Source: Takakia lepidozioides
Lineage: Eukaryota > Plantae > Bryophyta
Length of the DNA: 64,000 nucleotides
Assembly (NCBI GenBank): GCA_030704615.1
Contig: CM060732.1
Location: forward strand, 44,392,001 to 44,456,000
Reading direction: 5' to 3'
The notes below the pieces were generated by a model that was not told where the DNA came from, did not search any database, and saw nothing but the letters and a program-made list of their open reading frames with translations. The translations under genes and the position numbers were made by a program. This document shows, piece after piece, positions 35,111 through 48,303 of this stretch; positions within the stretch are counted from its first letter, which is position 1, and the number at the start of each line of letters is the position of its first letter.

Positions 35111-38100
35111 CTTTTGTTTGTTACGCAGCTCCGCAACTTTGCTCTCCACTTCCAAGCAGACCTTCCGGTCAGCACTCATGTATACTCCGGACTTCGGTTT
35201 TTTTGCAACGCCTTTTGGGGGGGAAATTATTTTTACCCTCGGGTCTGCCACGCCATCTGGTATGCGCTTCTTCCCAGCTCTATTTGGTGAAGCAGGTTCC
35301 TCCAACTTCTTTTCCAATGCAACAGCCGCCTCCTTCATACCCTCCCGGAGCTGGCTAGCTCGGCTTCGCAACAAATTTTTGTCCTGGGGTTTATTAACAC
35401 TTTGTGGTCCCGTTCTAGACGCTTCCTGCACTCCATGGGTCAAACTGGCCCCTACGGTGGGGGTTATCACTACTGGTACACCCTTTGTGCTTGACCGCAT
35501 ATTGAGCACCTGCGACGGACCACGAGCTGAGACCTCAGACGCCACAACCTTCACACGAATATCAGACAACAAAACATCAACAATGACCACCCAAATGCAC
35601 TGGGAAAAAAAAATGAACCGCAAAAATGCAATGGAATCGGACCTTTGTGGGCGCTGTGGGTGTCTGCAATTGCACCACTCCTGTGGCAGGTACATCTTCG
35701 ACTACAGTGACTGGTTCCACAAAATGAGAAGGGACAAAAATATGTGCATGTGTTTCGACAAGGTCTGATGAATGGTCTGCTATGGGGTCGAACATGCGGA
35801 GCACCCTATCAACGGATTGGTCTATTGCCAGTAGGGGTCTACAGACGAGTCGGGTCCACAAAAGTAAGCGGCAAAACGGCCAAAGATGCATCCTCATCTA
35901 CAGTAGACCCTGCCTCTAACAGATAGGGAAGGTCACCGACCAAACTGTCACAGTCATAGTCCATTGTTGCAATTGCAGAATTGGTCTATACTATGGATAA
36001 ATGAGCACTGACGCCTTCCCGGTTCTGTTCAGGCAATGCTATGTCAGAAGGTCTGGTGGCAAGGATAAGGTCCACTACCATTCTCTGCTTCTCAGCAGAT
36101 GTTGCAGTGGGATGGAAAGGAATTGCTCCTCTCATTTTCGGCAACTCGTATGTGCCAGGGAGGATGGGCGTTGCTTCCTGGGTTATCGCCAGGTCTCCAG
36201 ATGGTCTAATGTCCTGCACTGGCAAGGTCTGCTAATGTTGGAATGGTGAGGTGTTGGCGTCCATACCTGCGTCGCGATCCACTTTTGCGGTGCATTTGTC
36301 AAGCAATGTACCAGCCAGGGTGTCCTCCGGCAAGGTCTGATCTTCTCTCCTCTGCTCCAGCAAGGTCTGATCAGGTCTGCACTGGTCGGGAAATGTCTAC
36401 TCTGAGACGGTCTGGTGTGGTGTAGTGTGGTGTGGTGTGGTGTGGTATCCTCTGGTCTTTTGGGGTATGGTCTGTTGTGCACTCGGATCGTCTGGAGTCA
36501 TGCGCTATGGTCTGGTCTACTGTGGTCTGGTCTTCTGTGGTCTAGTCTTGTCTTGTCTGGTGTGGGGTGGTCTGGTCGTGTCTGGTCTTGTCAGGTTTGT
36601 TGTGGTGTGCTCTGGCCTGCACTGGTCTGCTCAGGTATGATTTCCACTGCAGCGGTCTGCTTTGTCAAGGTGATGGGTGCCCGCTGATCTGGAAAGGTCT
36701 GCCCATGTCCGATCTGGAAGTTGTTATCTGCAAAGGTCTGCATAACCAAGGTCTCCCCAGTAATTTCGGGTAAGGTGTGCAATGCCTCCACGAAAGTCTG
36801 TTTGGCAACGAAAAGTTGTTGTCACCAACATTCTCTGGCTTGGGATCACTGGCAATCCAGTCAGGGGTCTGCTGCTCCTTGTTCTCCGTAATCCAGTCGG
36901 GGGTTTGCTGGTTGGCATGTCGGTACTTGGGATTTGGCTGGGAAGGGTCTGCTCGCTCCACAATCTGCTCGCTGCGGGTCTCCTGGGTCTCTGTGGGAGT
37001 TGGGTTCTGTGTGTCTACTGTTGTACGAACTCCAATGAGCCTACACTTAACGGGTGACTCGACTCCAGTATGGCCACGGAGGGCTTGTAGAAGCTGCCTT
37101 GCGCCATTGGCGTACTGGTCAAGAGCATTCCAAACAAGCTTGTCCTCTGGATCATACTCTGCAACATGTCACAAACACGTCAAAAACAAAGCACTCATCC
37201 CTGGTCTGCTAACAAACGGAAGAATACATGGGGGTTTGATTCACATGGGGTTCTGTTGGTTGTCATGGTTCATAAAGTCTGCTAGAAGGTCCTCGTTCGT
37301 GGTCAACGTCAAGGTATGTTTAAAAGGTCTGTTCAAAAGGTCTGTGTAAAAGGTCTGTTTAAAAGGTAGGTGTAAAAGGTCTGTTAACAAGGTCTGTTAG
37401 GTCTGATGACATACCATGATCTAGGACTGTGGTCCACAGCCCAATATCTTTCATAAGCTGATCCATGAAGGCCTCGTCAAGCTCTCCTAGAGCTGCAACA
37501 CGGTCTTCTGCTGGAAACCCGCTCCAGAGCACTTGGAAAGCATGTCGTTTGTTGAATGCAATGTCGAAAACCGCACGTTCCTGCACAGTCACTAACCACA
37601 TCATGGCGTCTTGCGTGATACTTTCCCGAGCCTCTTCGCTTCTGTGCAGCAGGTCCATCCGCAGGTTGTGAAGGTTTTTTTTTAATTTGGTGTAAGACCT
37701 GAAATTGCCAAATTGCATCCATTGACGGCAGAAGAAACAATCTGCCATCTCCTCAAAAGCAGTTTCTGTCAAGCTCGCTAAGTGCTTCGGACGAACACCA
37801 AATATTGGGTGGGCGATGGCCATGTGCCTTATCTCCAGTGTGGGTCGTGCATGAGAAAGCTACGCAATAAGCGGTGGCTCGGTCTCCTCTGCCAGAAGCG
37901 CCACTCCATACGGGCTTTGTCCAAAACACGAGTCGCCTCCTCCGCCGTGAACTCCATTGAGGAGTGTTGCGGAGCAAAGGTCCACCGGGAGGCGACGATG
38001 CGGTGAAGCTCATTGTACCAGTCCAGATGCCGATTGCTTTCCCCACAACGAAACTTCGGAAGAGTGGGGTCCTCCTCATCAGTTGCAGACCGCTGTGGAG

Positions 38101-40049
38101 GACACCATGATCTGTCAAATGGGAAAACAGTTCGACCACGCAATGTGGTCTGCTGAGGGTCTGCTGAAGAGGTACGAAGGTCTGCTGGAGGACGGGTCAC
38201 GGAAGAATGGTCCACTGAGCCGGGTCTGCTAGTCTGACCAGCGCTGTCAAAAGCCTTTACAGCAGACGGAGGGAGGCCTGCTGCGCGGCCAGTGGTACCA
38301 TCCTGAATTGATGCAATGGCATCAGTCGACTGTGGATACAGACTCAGGATGTAGTCACAAATATCACGGACCTCATTCCGGACAAGTGTATTTTCCAAGG
38401 GAGGACCGTTCAACCTGTACTTCCAGATTTGCAAAGACCTGTACACTCGGTTGTCTTGTGCATTCGTCTCCTAAAAACAAACAGCAATATTGGCTTTCAC
38501 ATTAGACCAGTAGACCATAGAGCAGTAGACCATAGACTAGTAGATTGGGCCTGACAGCAGACCAGTAGACCATACACTAGTAGGCCATTACAGTAGACCA
38601 GTAGAGCATAGTAGTAGACCATAGACGTGGACCCATGCATCAGACCACAGCCACGGCAGTAGTGCGCATTTCAAAGCAACTGCAGTACCATGTTGCGCAA
38701 AGCAGACCCAAAACAGTAGACGGTTCGCAGCAGACCACATATATAATAATAATAATAAAACACTATGATTTTCAGTATAGGGGACCTATAGAGCAGACCA
38801 CAGCCAGAACAAGTAATGCAGTACCATGTACAGAATAGCAGACCCAGAACAGTAGACCGACAGCAGCGGACCACACATACAACACCCAACATAGCATATC
38901 ACTAATTGCAACCAGGAAATCGAAAGACTCAAATACGGTAGGACGGCAGAAAGAGTGGTTGAAGTACCTGGAGGCCGTTGTAGTCTTCATCCCTTGGGTG
39001 TGATCGTGCCTCCACCCACTTCTTCTCGACTGTGTCAATGGTCTGCTGTATCTGCCCTGATTTCACATAAGCATATAAAAAAGGGAAAAAGTCCGGATCT
39101 GATTCATCTGGGTACTGGTCTGGCAGAAGACCGTGGGGAAGCAGGTACAATGTGCCAGGGCGGACAGGGGTGCCCGTTACATCTCCATGAGCGTCAGTTA
39201 GGGTCTGCTGTTTCTTGGTCTGCTTGTTGGGTCTGATATGTGGTGGGCGTCGTGGGTCTGTTTGAGGGTGTGATTCCTCCATGGGGATGTCCGAGTCAAG
39301 GGTTCTGTCATGTACCGGCGGGGCGTACCCAATGGGGTCGTTCACCAAGTACGGTCTCACAAGTAGTCCCGGCCGCTCCGTTGACATGTCCTGAACATGA
39401 TCCTCCTCATCATGAGAGTCTTCCTCACTTGAGTCATCCCCACTGGACGACAAAGTTGAAATGGCAGCCTGTGGTCTGCTGGTGTTGGTCTGCTGGGACT
39501 GACCTGGTTGCAATTCTTTGCTACTCACTCTCATATCCCGTGGTCTGCCAGTACTGGTACTACCAGATCTGTGACTTTTGCGGTCTACATTTTTTTTAGC
39601 TCCATCACTGAGCTTCATTTTCTTCATTGGCACAACGAGGCCGGGGCTCAGCAGGCCGGCTTCAGTGTAATAACGCTGCCACACTTCTTTAGCAGACTGA
39701 GCGACGGCATGTGCACCCCTACACTTTGTAGTGATTCTTTTGCGGCCTTAGACGAACTTGGCTTGGGCCAAGGCTTGAAGTTCTCAGGGACCATACCTTT
39801 GCATCCTCCATCAAGGGCATGGCGGTTTAGAGTCTCTTTGTCCTTGACAATATCGGGGCAAAAGGGGCACTGAAACCGATCCTTTGGCCAGTTCTCTTTC
39901 TTCTTTGCTACGCGCAAGTCCAAAAATGCTTCTACTATTTTAGCATCGTACTCAGTTGGTTCATACCAGTACCTTCTCTTGGCTTTGTGGCGAGGGGCAT
40001 GCACATATTCCACCCAATCGGCTCCGCCCTTTGGGCAAGCTTCTTCCAT
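35111..40049 (-). pseudogene. Large multi-exon MULE accessory gene: N-terminal C2H2-like Zn finger plus unknown domains; possibly continuous with the Ulp1 exons
   Basis: ATG 40049; FQCPFCPDIVKDKETLNRH; in-phase GT-AG introns 38967-38471 and ~37414-37160; long open frames with single frameshifts. Confidence 0.6.
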
Positions 40050-41404
40050 GGCTGCAATCGAAGGAGGAATTGTGTCAGAGACGGTCTGCTAAATGCAAAT
40101 GAAGAAGAGCAAGCAAAAAAGGAAATGAAGGTCTGGCGGTGAAGAAGTCTGGTGAAGTTGATACCTTTGCACTTCGGCAACGACGGGCACGCGGCCTTTG
40201 AAGAGCGGGCGGGCGCTACAAACGAATCGTCGAGTCGAAGAGGCAGAAACCGCAAAGCGCAACACACCGTGCAGTCGCAAAGTGGAGAGACGTGAAAGAC
40301 GCAAGAGGAGGAAGAGGCGAGGACCCCAATGTAACGGCTCACTGCTAAGCGTGACAGGAGCACGCGTGCGACCGCCGAGGCCATGCACGTCAGCCATTGG
40401 ACTGCCGTCGAAACATCAAACGTCCCGGAGGCACAATAATGGCCGCCGCCAAGGACTTTCATGGTCTGCCCTAAGTCTCCACCGAAAGGGTCGGCCAGAA
40501 GGGTCTGCCAAAAGGGTCTGCCAAAAGGGTCTGTGGCACTGGTCTGTGGCATTCGTGAGGCAAAGATTGTCTGCACTCGGTCTGCCGTCGGGGTGCACTC
40601 ATGGGGAAAGAGGATCCACCATGTGTTGGTCTATTTTTCAGTCAGAATAGTATACTCCTGACCAGAGTTCTCCAGGCTGGTCTGTTGGTTCGGTCTTCTC
40701 GTCTGGACTGGCATGGTGCACTCTTCTCTTCTCCTGCTCTGCCCATCTGGTCTGCCCTCTGTCTGCAGTGTGTCCCCACCCGTTTCACCATTTTCAATGG
40801 TCCCCCGGCTGGATCTCTGCATCCCCGCACTGTCATGGTAACACTTGGAAGGTCCACTGGTTCGTTGCACAAAAAATTCCGCCACACATGCCCATTTCGT
40901 CCTGCATCGATGGGTCCACCTGCAAACAACATCCAAGAGACGGAACTCGGGAGGAAACCGGAATTTTATACAGCCAGCCATGCACATATGCTTCCGCTAT
41001 TTTTGCAATGCCATTCCACACATGCTATATGGAGGACAAGCCTCGAACAAGACAGTGTGACAAGGGAAAGGCCGATTCTCAATTGTTGTCTGCTAAATGA
41101 GTCGTACTTGTTAGCAAAGACCTAAATACTTCCATTCAAGTCTGCACTGTAAACTCAATGTAACTCACTTCCCCGCGCTCAAACAGTCCCACGAATAGGC
41201 GAACAACAAAGCAAAAATAGTAGAAGCATATGAACAAAAGAGGTTGTGGCTTGAAACGATGGACTCCGACGTTGCCAGAGAGTCCATGGAATCATGCAAA
41301 GGGATTCTTCACAACCGCCGAGTCTGTTGGTTCTAAACAGTCAAACAACAAACAGCAGCAAGCAACACGAGGAAAAAAAAAAGACCTCAGGGGATCGGCG
41401 AGTG

Positions 41405-41778
41405 CCATGGCATGCCCTAAATCCGGACGGTCTGGATAAAACCGGATCTGGACGGGCAGATACACGCCACGTAGGTCTGGGTCTGTTGTGCCGGTCCGGG
41501 GTGGTCTGCGGGCAGACCTCGCAGACCGAGCTTGGGCAGACCCCAGCAAGGGCAGACCCACTGGGGACCCGATGGCGGGCGACCCAACGGCGAGGGCAGG
41601 CGGGCGGGGGCCGCGGTCCGGGGGTGGGCTGGGCGGCGTGCGGGCAGGGCCGCGGGCGGCTGCGGGGCTGGCAGGTGGGGGTGGGCGGGGCGGGGGAGGG
41701 TGACCCGTGTCCGTGCGGGCGTGCACGCCTTGTCCCACACGCGCGACATAAACTCCCAATTATTCAAAAATGAGAGGC
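41405..41778 (-). repeat. Right TIR of MULE
   Basis: Inverted copy of 29280-29645. Confidence 0.9.
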
Positions 41779-44378
41779 CATGTAGGGTGTCTTATGAGGA
41801 CCTCATTGCAAATGCTAGTTTATTTAACGATGAGGGTTGCAATTAGTCTTCTTTTAACCCTTACGTTCCCAATGCGACCTGAATCGGGTCACTTTGAATT
41901 TGCAGTTCCACCTAATTTTTGCAGATCTAATCTGATGGGGCCCACTCCTGAAGCTTTTATAGGGCCCACGCCTGAAAGGGGGCAGTAGCCGCAAGGCGAA
42001 GTGGCTCTTAGTTACGCCAGCCTACCTTGGCCGGAGTCTTCTCTCTCTCTCTTGAGTCGCAGCTTTTGTTTTTTTTTTAATTTTGTTTTTTGCATCATAC
42101 TTGAGACAAATCCCTTGTCATTAGTGACTTACAAAAAATAAAATAAAATAAAATAAAATAAATATATTACAAAAAATATCTTAGATCTCTCATTTACGTT
42201 TTGGGCCTGAAAAGGGCTTGTTGACCGCTGACGTGGCAGATAAACAAGCCCAAAACAGATTGCACTCCAAAGGCCATTTTTGGCAGAAAATTAGCAATTT
42301 TGGAAAAAGCACTTCACCTTGTGGTGTGTGAACATTACATACACACATCCACCATTGGCTTTTAAAAATTTGGTAGAAAAAAAAGTACTTCATTTGCAGA
42401 CACATTCTCTTGTCAATTTTGAGATTTCAACCCCTATGTAATTGCATGCAAAGCAACTATAGGTGAAAAAATCAGTTGGACCTGCAATTTAGTGGGGTCA
42501 TAGCCACTCCACTATTGATTTGGAAATGGTGGTCTTGGGGCAAGCAAAATTGGATAAAGCTAGGTTTTGATTTGGTCAAACTAATTTCTTTCTCACTTTT
42601 TCCTTGGGACCTGATATTTGAGGTCTGGACCGATGTTATAATATCACAATTTCCCCGGTGGACTTGGCTCATTTTTTGGTATGTCATGCATAAATGAACT
42701 AGGGCCACTCCTATAAGGCTGGAATCTCTGGATGATTTTTGGTAGGTTTCTAGGGGCAATTTACTGCAGCTTCGTACCCAAAATTGGTAAAAAGTCAAAA
42801 AAAGGCTTGGGAACTTAAGGGTTGACTAAGCTTGCTTCCATTTGGATGCTAAATCTGCAACATTGTTATTATGTAATGCAAAGACTGAATTTTGCAACAT
42901 AATAATAATAATAATTTTTGTGAAATCAACTGAAATTTTCTAAATTCAATACATATTAATGAGCTAGTGGTTTTTATTTTTTATTTTTATTATTTATACC
43001 CGGGTTGATAACCGGCTGGTATTAGATTGAAATATCCATCCTATTGATACCTGTCCGCAAATCGAAAATCATACTACTATTGAGAACCTACGGGTATTAA
43101 AATTAAGGGAATCTTTCAATACTATGGAACCGGCTGGTATTGCGAATTATTTCTTTTCAATACCCGGACCCGGCTGGTATTAGAAAAAGTAATAACCACC
43201 CAACACTGGTAAGTTCCAAACATTAGGCATGTATTACAGTCTAGCCTATTGTTGAGGTAATTTTCTTTAAAGAAAAACATACCTAATGGTTTTGAAAATA
43301 GAATTTGAGCAATTAGGCACTTCTTAGAGAAATTTTAGGCACATTTTCCAAAAATATTTCTAAATTTAGTTAGGCACTTGATTTTGAATTAATTATTGTC
43401 TAATAAGCTAGATATTAAGCTAGATTGCAACTTTTTGTGACTCTTTAGACCGTTTATATTTGTACAAAAAAACCTTTATGTCTGCAGGACCATCTACTAT
43501 TTAATAGAAATGTGAATTTAGGCTCGTAATGTAATTATGTCGTGTATTCATATTCACCTCCCTCTCCCTTGTCAAGTATCCTGCCAACCAACTTCCCATC
43601 CTCACACTCTGGAGTGACTACAGAACCTAGAAGCTTGCTTCGCTGTGCATGCAATAGCCCGCTTCAGTGGCCATATGGCAGTGGCATGCATTATCCATGT
43701 GGAGTGTAGACCGAGCAAGTTGCCATATGGCTGTGGCATGCATTAGCCATGTGGGCCCTGCATGCAAATGCCACATTTGTTTGGAGAGCACCCTTCAAGT
43801 CTAATGGTTTTTGGAGGGTTTTGTTTCGTTGATGTTGGGGTTCAGGTTCACCTTGAATCCTTCATCAAATCTGTATAGACTCATACAACGTTGTGATGGA
43901 AAGAGAGAGATTTTTTGTAGAAAAGACCGTCAAATGTAAGACTCTCTACAAACTCAGTTGCACTCACCAGTAAGCCCAAGCCAAATGACACAATCCCCAA
44001 TGAGCAACCTTAATCTATGCACCTTCAAGCACAGAAGGATTGATTGAAAAAGGGTGCTTGCTACGACGTCCTAGAGCAGCCGCTACCGTCCTAGTGCAAC
44101 TTCAACCCACTAGGTCCCACCATCCTATCTCCAACCACTCCACGCTCCTGCTACACCAATCACTGGCCCCACCACCCTCCTGCCACCACTTCTGTCGTCG
44201 TTCTTCAAAGCTCCAGAAGTTTCCAGATCCTATGTTGTTCTAGAATGTTCTAGAGCCCCACCGCCCCGTCATTTTTTCTAGAACTTTCGCCTATTTCTAT
44301 GCAGGGACCTACACCTGCCCTCATTATTCGCACGTTCGAGCGGCCAACCCGCCCTCCCCATTGGCCCCCTCGTTTAAC

Positions 44379-44430
44379 TCCTAGACCACTCTAGAATTAA
44401 CCGGGCCCGAATGAAACTGCTTTACATATT
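44379..44430. repeat. Inverted copy of 3487-3538 within a probable LTR-like remnant
   Basis: Direct sequence comparison; followed by ..TATTACA (LTR-like end) at ~44444. Confidence 0.65.
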
Positions 44431-46081
44431 GATGGAATATTACAACGGCTCCTCTTTGTGAATAGCGAAATCTACTTTCATCCATAATAAACTAAAAATT
44501 CATCCATGTATTCTTCATAAATTGTTCAACAATAGAGATGTTACTTGAGGGAGGTGTTACCTGGAGGCTCATGAGCGGAGGTGACACCTAGGGAAGGCAC
44601 AACATGGGCTTAGCGATTTTCGACAGTGATGCGTAGTCTGCTCTTTATTCTAAAAAAGAGCCAACAAACTTGTAATTTTGGGCAGAAAAATCGTAGTCAC
44701 ATACACATTATATATAACTTACCATTCCACATAAATCCCATGTATAGCAGAGAGTTTTCCACCCTCCACCCTCCTCTTCGTGCCCAACCACTGTCACCCA
44801 GAAACATAAAGGATAAATTGTATATTGATGCAAGTATGTCAATACTGAAATGAACTAGAGAACTTAGGTTGTAATATCCCATACCGAACCTCCCTCCTCC
44901 TGCCGGTCCTAGTTGCCGCGAGCCTCTACCGCCAACATCCCATATTGAGCCTTGCATCAATACCTCCCTCCTCTTGCTGGTCCTGGTGGCCGGCCTCACT
45001 TCCTCTCGTACCGTAGAGTCAGAGTTGCTTGAGTACCGTGAATGCAACTATCGAGGCACTCACGACCCTGCCTCCATTCTAGACCATTCGCGCCCTCCAT
45101 AACCTTCGCCAGCCATACTAAGGTAGTGGTATCTTGAAGTGTGCTTTTAAGCAGTGTGCAACTCCTCAGAGGGTGTAGTGTCACAAAAATTATACGAGCA
45201 GAATAGCAAATGAAGCAACAATCATTTGTGCAAAGCACATAATTTTCCAATCACGGATGTATTATATATGAATTATCAAAATCAAAGTGCATATTATCCC
45301 ACTACTGCTCAGTAGGTCCATCCTATAATGCCATATAATCCTCCTTGATATGTGCTTTAAGTTGCCATGAGTGCACAAGATGTGCACCTACAACTCTCCC
45401 AAAAATTAACAAAACTAGGCCATGTGCGGGCCCAAAAGTAACGGTCTCCCAACGCAGGATTGGGCACATCTACTTATGGAAGGACCCATAACTTTCCTTT
45501 GGAGGGATGACGACGTGTGCAAAATCTGACCATATACAACTCCAAGTAGGACCCTTAAATATGCCCTGAGTTGACCTACAACTCCTCATATATGGCCATC
45601 TGGGAACCCTAAACTATACGACCGCGTGGACACAGCTAGAAGACTCCACAACTCCCTCATTTCCCATTCTTCCGCCATCCTTGGCAACAGAAGCATGATA
45701 AAAATGTGTGCATTGTAACACTATATAAGGTGCACCATGCATCCCATTTGCATTGATGCTTGGCTGCTATATTAATTGGCCATTGTCCCAAAACACTCGC
45801 CTCCACTTTCAAAAACAAATTAGGAATTTGAAATAAGAATCAATATGTAATTAGCTTCACTAATGCACCATTAAATAAGCCCCTTGTACTCCAAAACACC
45901 TCACATCGTACCTAATCCAAAGCAATAATTAACCTTGAATCGCCTCCTTTACAAAAGTGCACAGTACTAGGATGAAAAGGGTGACTTCATTCATCAAAAA
46001 TAGGGGACATAATAAGGTCGCGCACACTTCTAGATGCCACTACCTTACCCAAGTCTGGCGCATGGAGTGCATGAGGACGCT

Positions 46082-46127
46082 TGCAGCCCCACATTGGCTA
46101 TACTTGCAATAGCCATGTGGGGCTGCA
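46082..46127. other. Near-perfect 19-bp hairpin
   Basis: TGCAGCCCCACATTGGCTAT-ACTTGCA-ATAGCCATGTGGGGCTGCA, one bulge. Confidence 0.85.
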
Positions 46128-46222
46128 TCCCACCGGGAATCCACACAGATGAATTCGTAATGCTGTAGATGAATGATGTCAAACAGATGGTAGTAGTAGC
46201 AGTGAGGCGAAGTGGCTCTTTA

Positions 46223-46629
46223 GGCAGGGTTTAGACAGAGGCCATGATATGAGCAGCCAACATCGTTTTGGCCTCTCATCTCAGGCGCTCGTTGGGATGA
46301 CGTGACAGGCTGAAACGAAACGTGTGTAAAGTGTCGACAAGCTAAAACGCGGACGGCCAACAATCGGACGGTCTCCCAGCGGGGACTCCACGACTTGCAC
46401 TCCATCTCCATTGCAGGAAACGTAACCACTTGGCAAAACATCGGTGAAACCTCGAAAGCTTGTTCTCAGTTTTGGCCGCTCAAAAGTGCCACATATGCAT
46501 CCAGCAGTGCCACCTAGATTGGGAGTTTTTCATTGACCGGCCATGTCTAAACTACCCACTGGCCAAAACCTGAAATTCGTCCAATCATTGACCACCATCG
46601 CATTTTAGCGGCGCAGTCTAAACCCGGTC
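46223..46629. mobile_element. PIF/Harbinger (Tourist-like) MITE, 407 bp
   Basis: TIR GGCAGGGTTTAGAC / GTCTAAACCCGGTC (12/14), TTA TSD at 46220-46222 and 46630-46632; related empty site at ~41995-42018. Confidence 0.85.
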
Positions 46630-48303
46630 TTAGTTATGCCGGTTTTGGCCAAAGTCTCAAACAGATGAAAGCACATTGATGAATATCGGTGCAGGGTCAA
46701 AACTAGGAATGAGCAACAGCAGGAAGATGGATGAATGTAGAAATGGTATGGATGAGAATGGATGGGAGCATATCTTTAACCTGTGGCTTCGTTGCAACAG
46801 CTTCGAGAGTAAGGTGGGTTGAGAGTTTTTGAGGATCTCGTGGGGTAAGTACTCATCTCCACACCTTCTATACTTACTCGTTCAGTCTACATATCGATCG
46901 GAGTCCATAGACATGGTGATTGGTGATGTGTGCACAGAGCTCAGTCACTATAGGTCTGCAATTTTTCAGCTGGACCTGACTCGGTTGGTGGTAGGAACAT
47001 ATTTGGTTTATACGTTTATACACGCTCAATTCCAGTTGCATTTGTTAGATATCTATGATGTATAAGCTATGGTGAAGTTCACATTTTCCTAATTCCCTTG
47101 AGCTGAGTAAAAAAGTTGGGATAATTTCTCTGACTTACGTCCAAATTTGATTCAGAATGGAAGAACGTGAAGATTCCTCACGAGCGCGCGGAAACATTCT
47201 CATGGGGATAGGGTGAGTTCTAAGCTCCACATTCTCCGACATCATCACTAAGCACCTCGGCAGACACAATTGAAATCCAGGTTTGTGGAGAATTGAGCTG
47301 TCTCTTTTGAGCTTTACAGACACGGAAATGTGGGTTTGTCCACAGCTATGCTAGACATTTCTCATGAAAAGGTCTTCCCACGAAGTTATCCCCATCTGAT
47401 GAAGAATCATAACATTATTCTTGTTTGTGTGATATTTTCGGGAGGGCAATAAATATTATTATCTGAAATGGATGTTCTCACTGAGAGTGATGCCTGAAAC
47501 ACAAGTAGTAGGGTTTGGATTTAGCTAGCTTCCTGGAAAGGTCACAAAATACTCCTTCGAGGGCTCACAAACAAGATTGCAACCAAGACATCGGTGGTGG
47601 GATCGAATTTGCTGAGCAGCCTATGCGGTGAGGAGTGCGAGAAATCATTGCTGCTGATCGATACGCTGCTGTTGATCTTCTATCACTGAGCCATGTGCAC
47701 TTCATTAGTGAGGAGGTCAATTTGCCAATGGCAGGAGGGGTCCAAGCTTGAAAGTTCTTGCAATCTTTGGTTCCCATAGAGAAGGTGAAAGACTTGGGAC
47801 TTACAACCATTAAGTGTGGAGCGACTGACTACCCAATAGTTCCAAAAAAAGTCTGTAGATTGGTGGAACTCAAAATGTAGATCTGGAAAATAATAACTAT
47901 CTTCCACAAATAGAACTTGCAATTAGGTACTGGAAGACATGAGAACATTAAGGCTCACAATTGTGAGAAAAGACGGCAATTCCAGACCAATAGCCTATTT
48001 TTGACGCTCCGCTGCAATGGTTAATTAGACCATCCAACAGCATTCTAATAAGGGGAAATGAAGATAGGACTTAGGACCTAGAGCTCTTTCAGATTACTAC
48101 CAGTGGCTTCTGCCGAGGGGACAGACTAAAAAAAATTGTCAGAATTGTAGATTCCTATGACTCCCAATTAGGATCCTGAGTACCTACTGTTCCAGAAATC
48201 ATCTTTGAGAAGTTCCTCAATAATGGATACACTCGCAACATGCTTCTTGATTGTTGGAAGGGTGTAGCTTCACACTGAAGCAGTTGGTGACAGGAAAAGT
48301 TAG

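Larger units (their letters stand above)
29280..41778. mobile_element. Mutator-like element (MULE), 12.5 kb, long TIRs
   Basis: ~370-bp GC-rich TIRs beginning GCCTCTCATTTTTGAATAATTGGGAGTTTATGTCGCGCGTGTG; 9-bp TSD CATGTAAGG / CATGTAGGG (8/9); internal MULE-SWIM transposase and Ulp1-like gene. Confidence 0.92.
28919..43208. mobile_element. Non-autonomous hAT element (shell) hosting the MULE
   Basis: Termini TAGTGTTGG / CCAACACTG; 8-bp TSD GTAATTTC (28911-28918) vs GTAAGTTC (43209-43216), 7/8; subterminal CC(G/T)GCTGGTATT and ACCGG repeats at both ends. Confidence 0.8.

Noticed and set aside
36243-36773. Plus-strand ORFs rich in W/C/G/L/V
   Set aside because: Artefacts of GGTCT/GTGTG simple repeats on the antisense strand of the accessory gene
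44395-44435. Hammerhead ribozyme/retrozyme (GAAAC near a GC stem)
   Set aside because: No CUGANGA core in the required position
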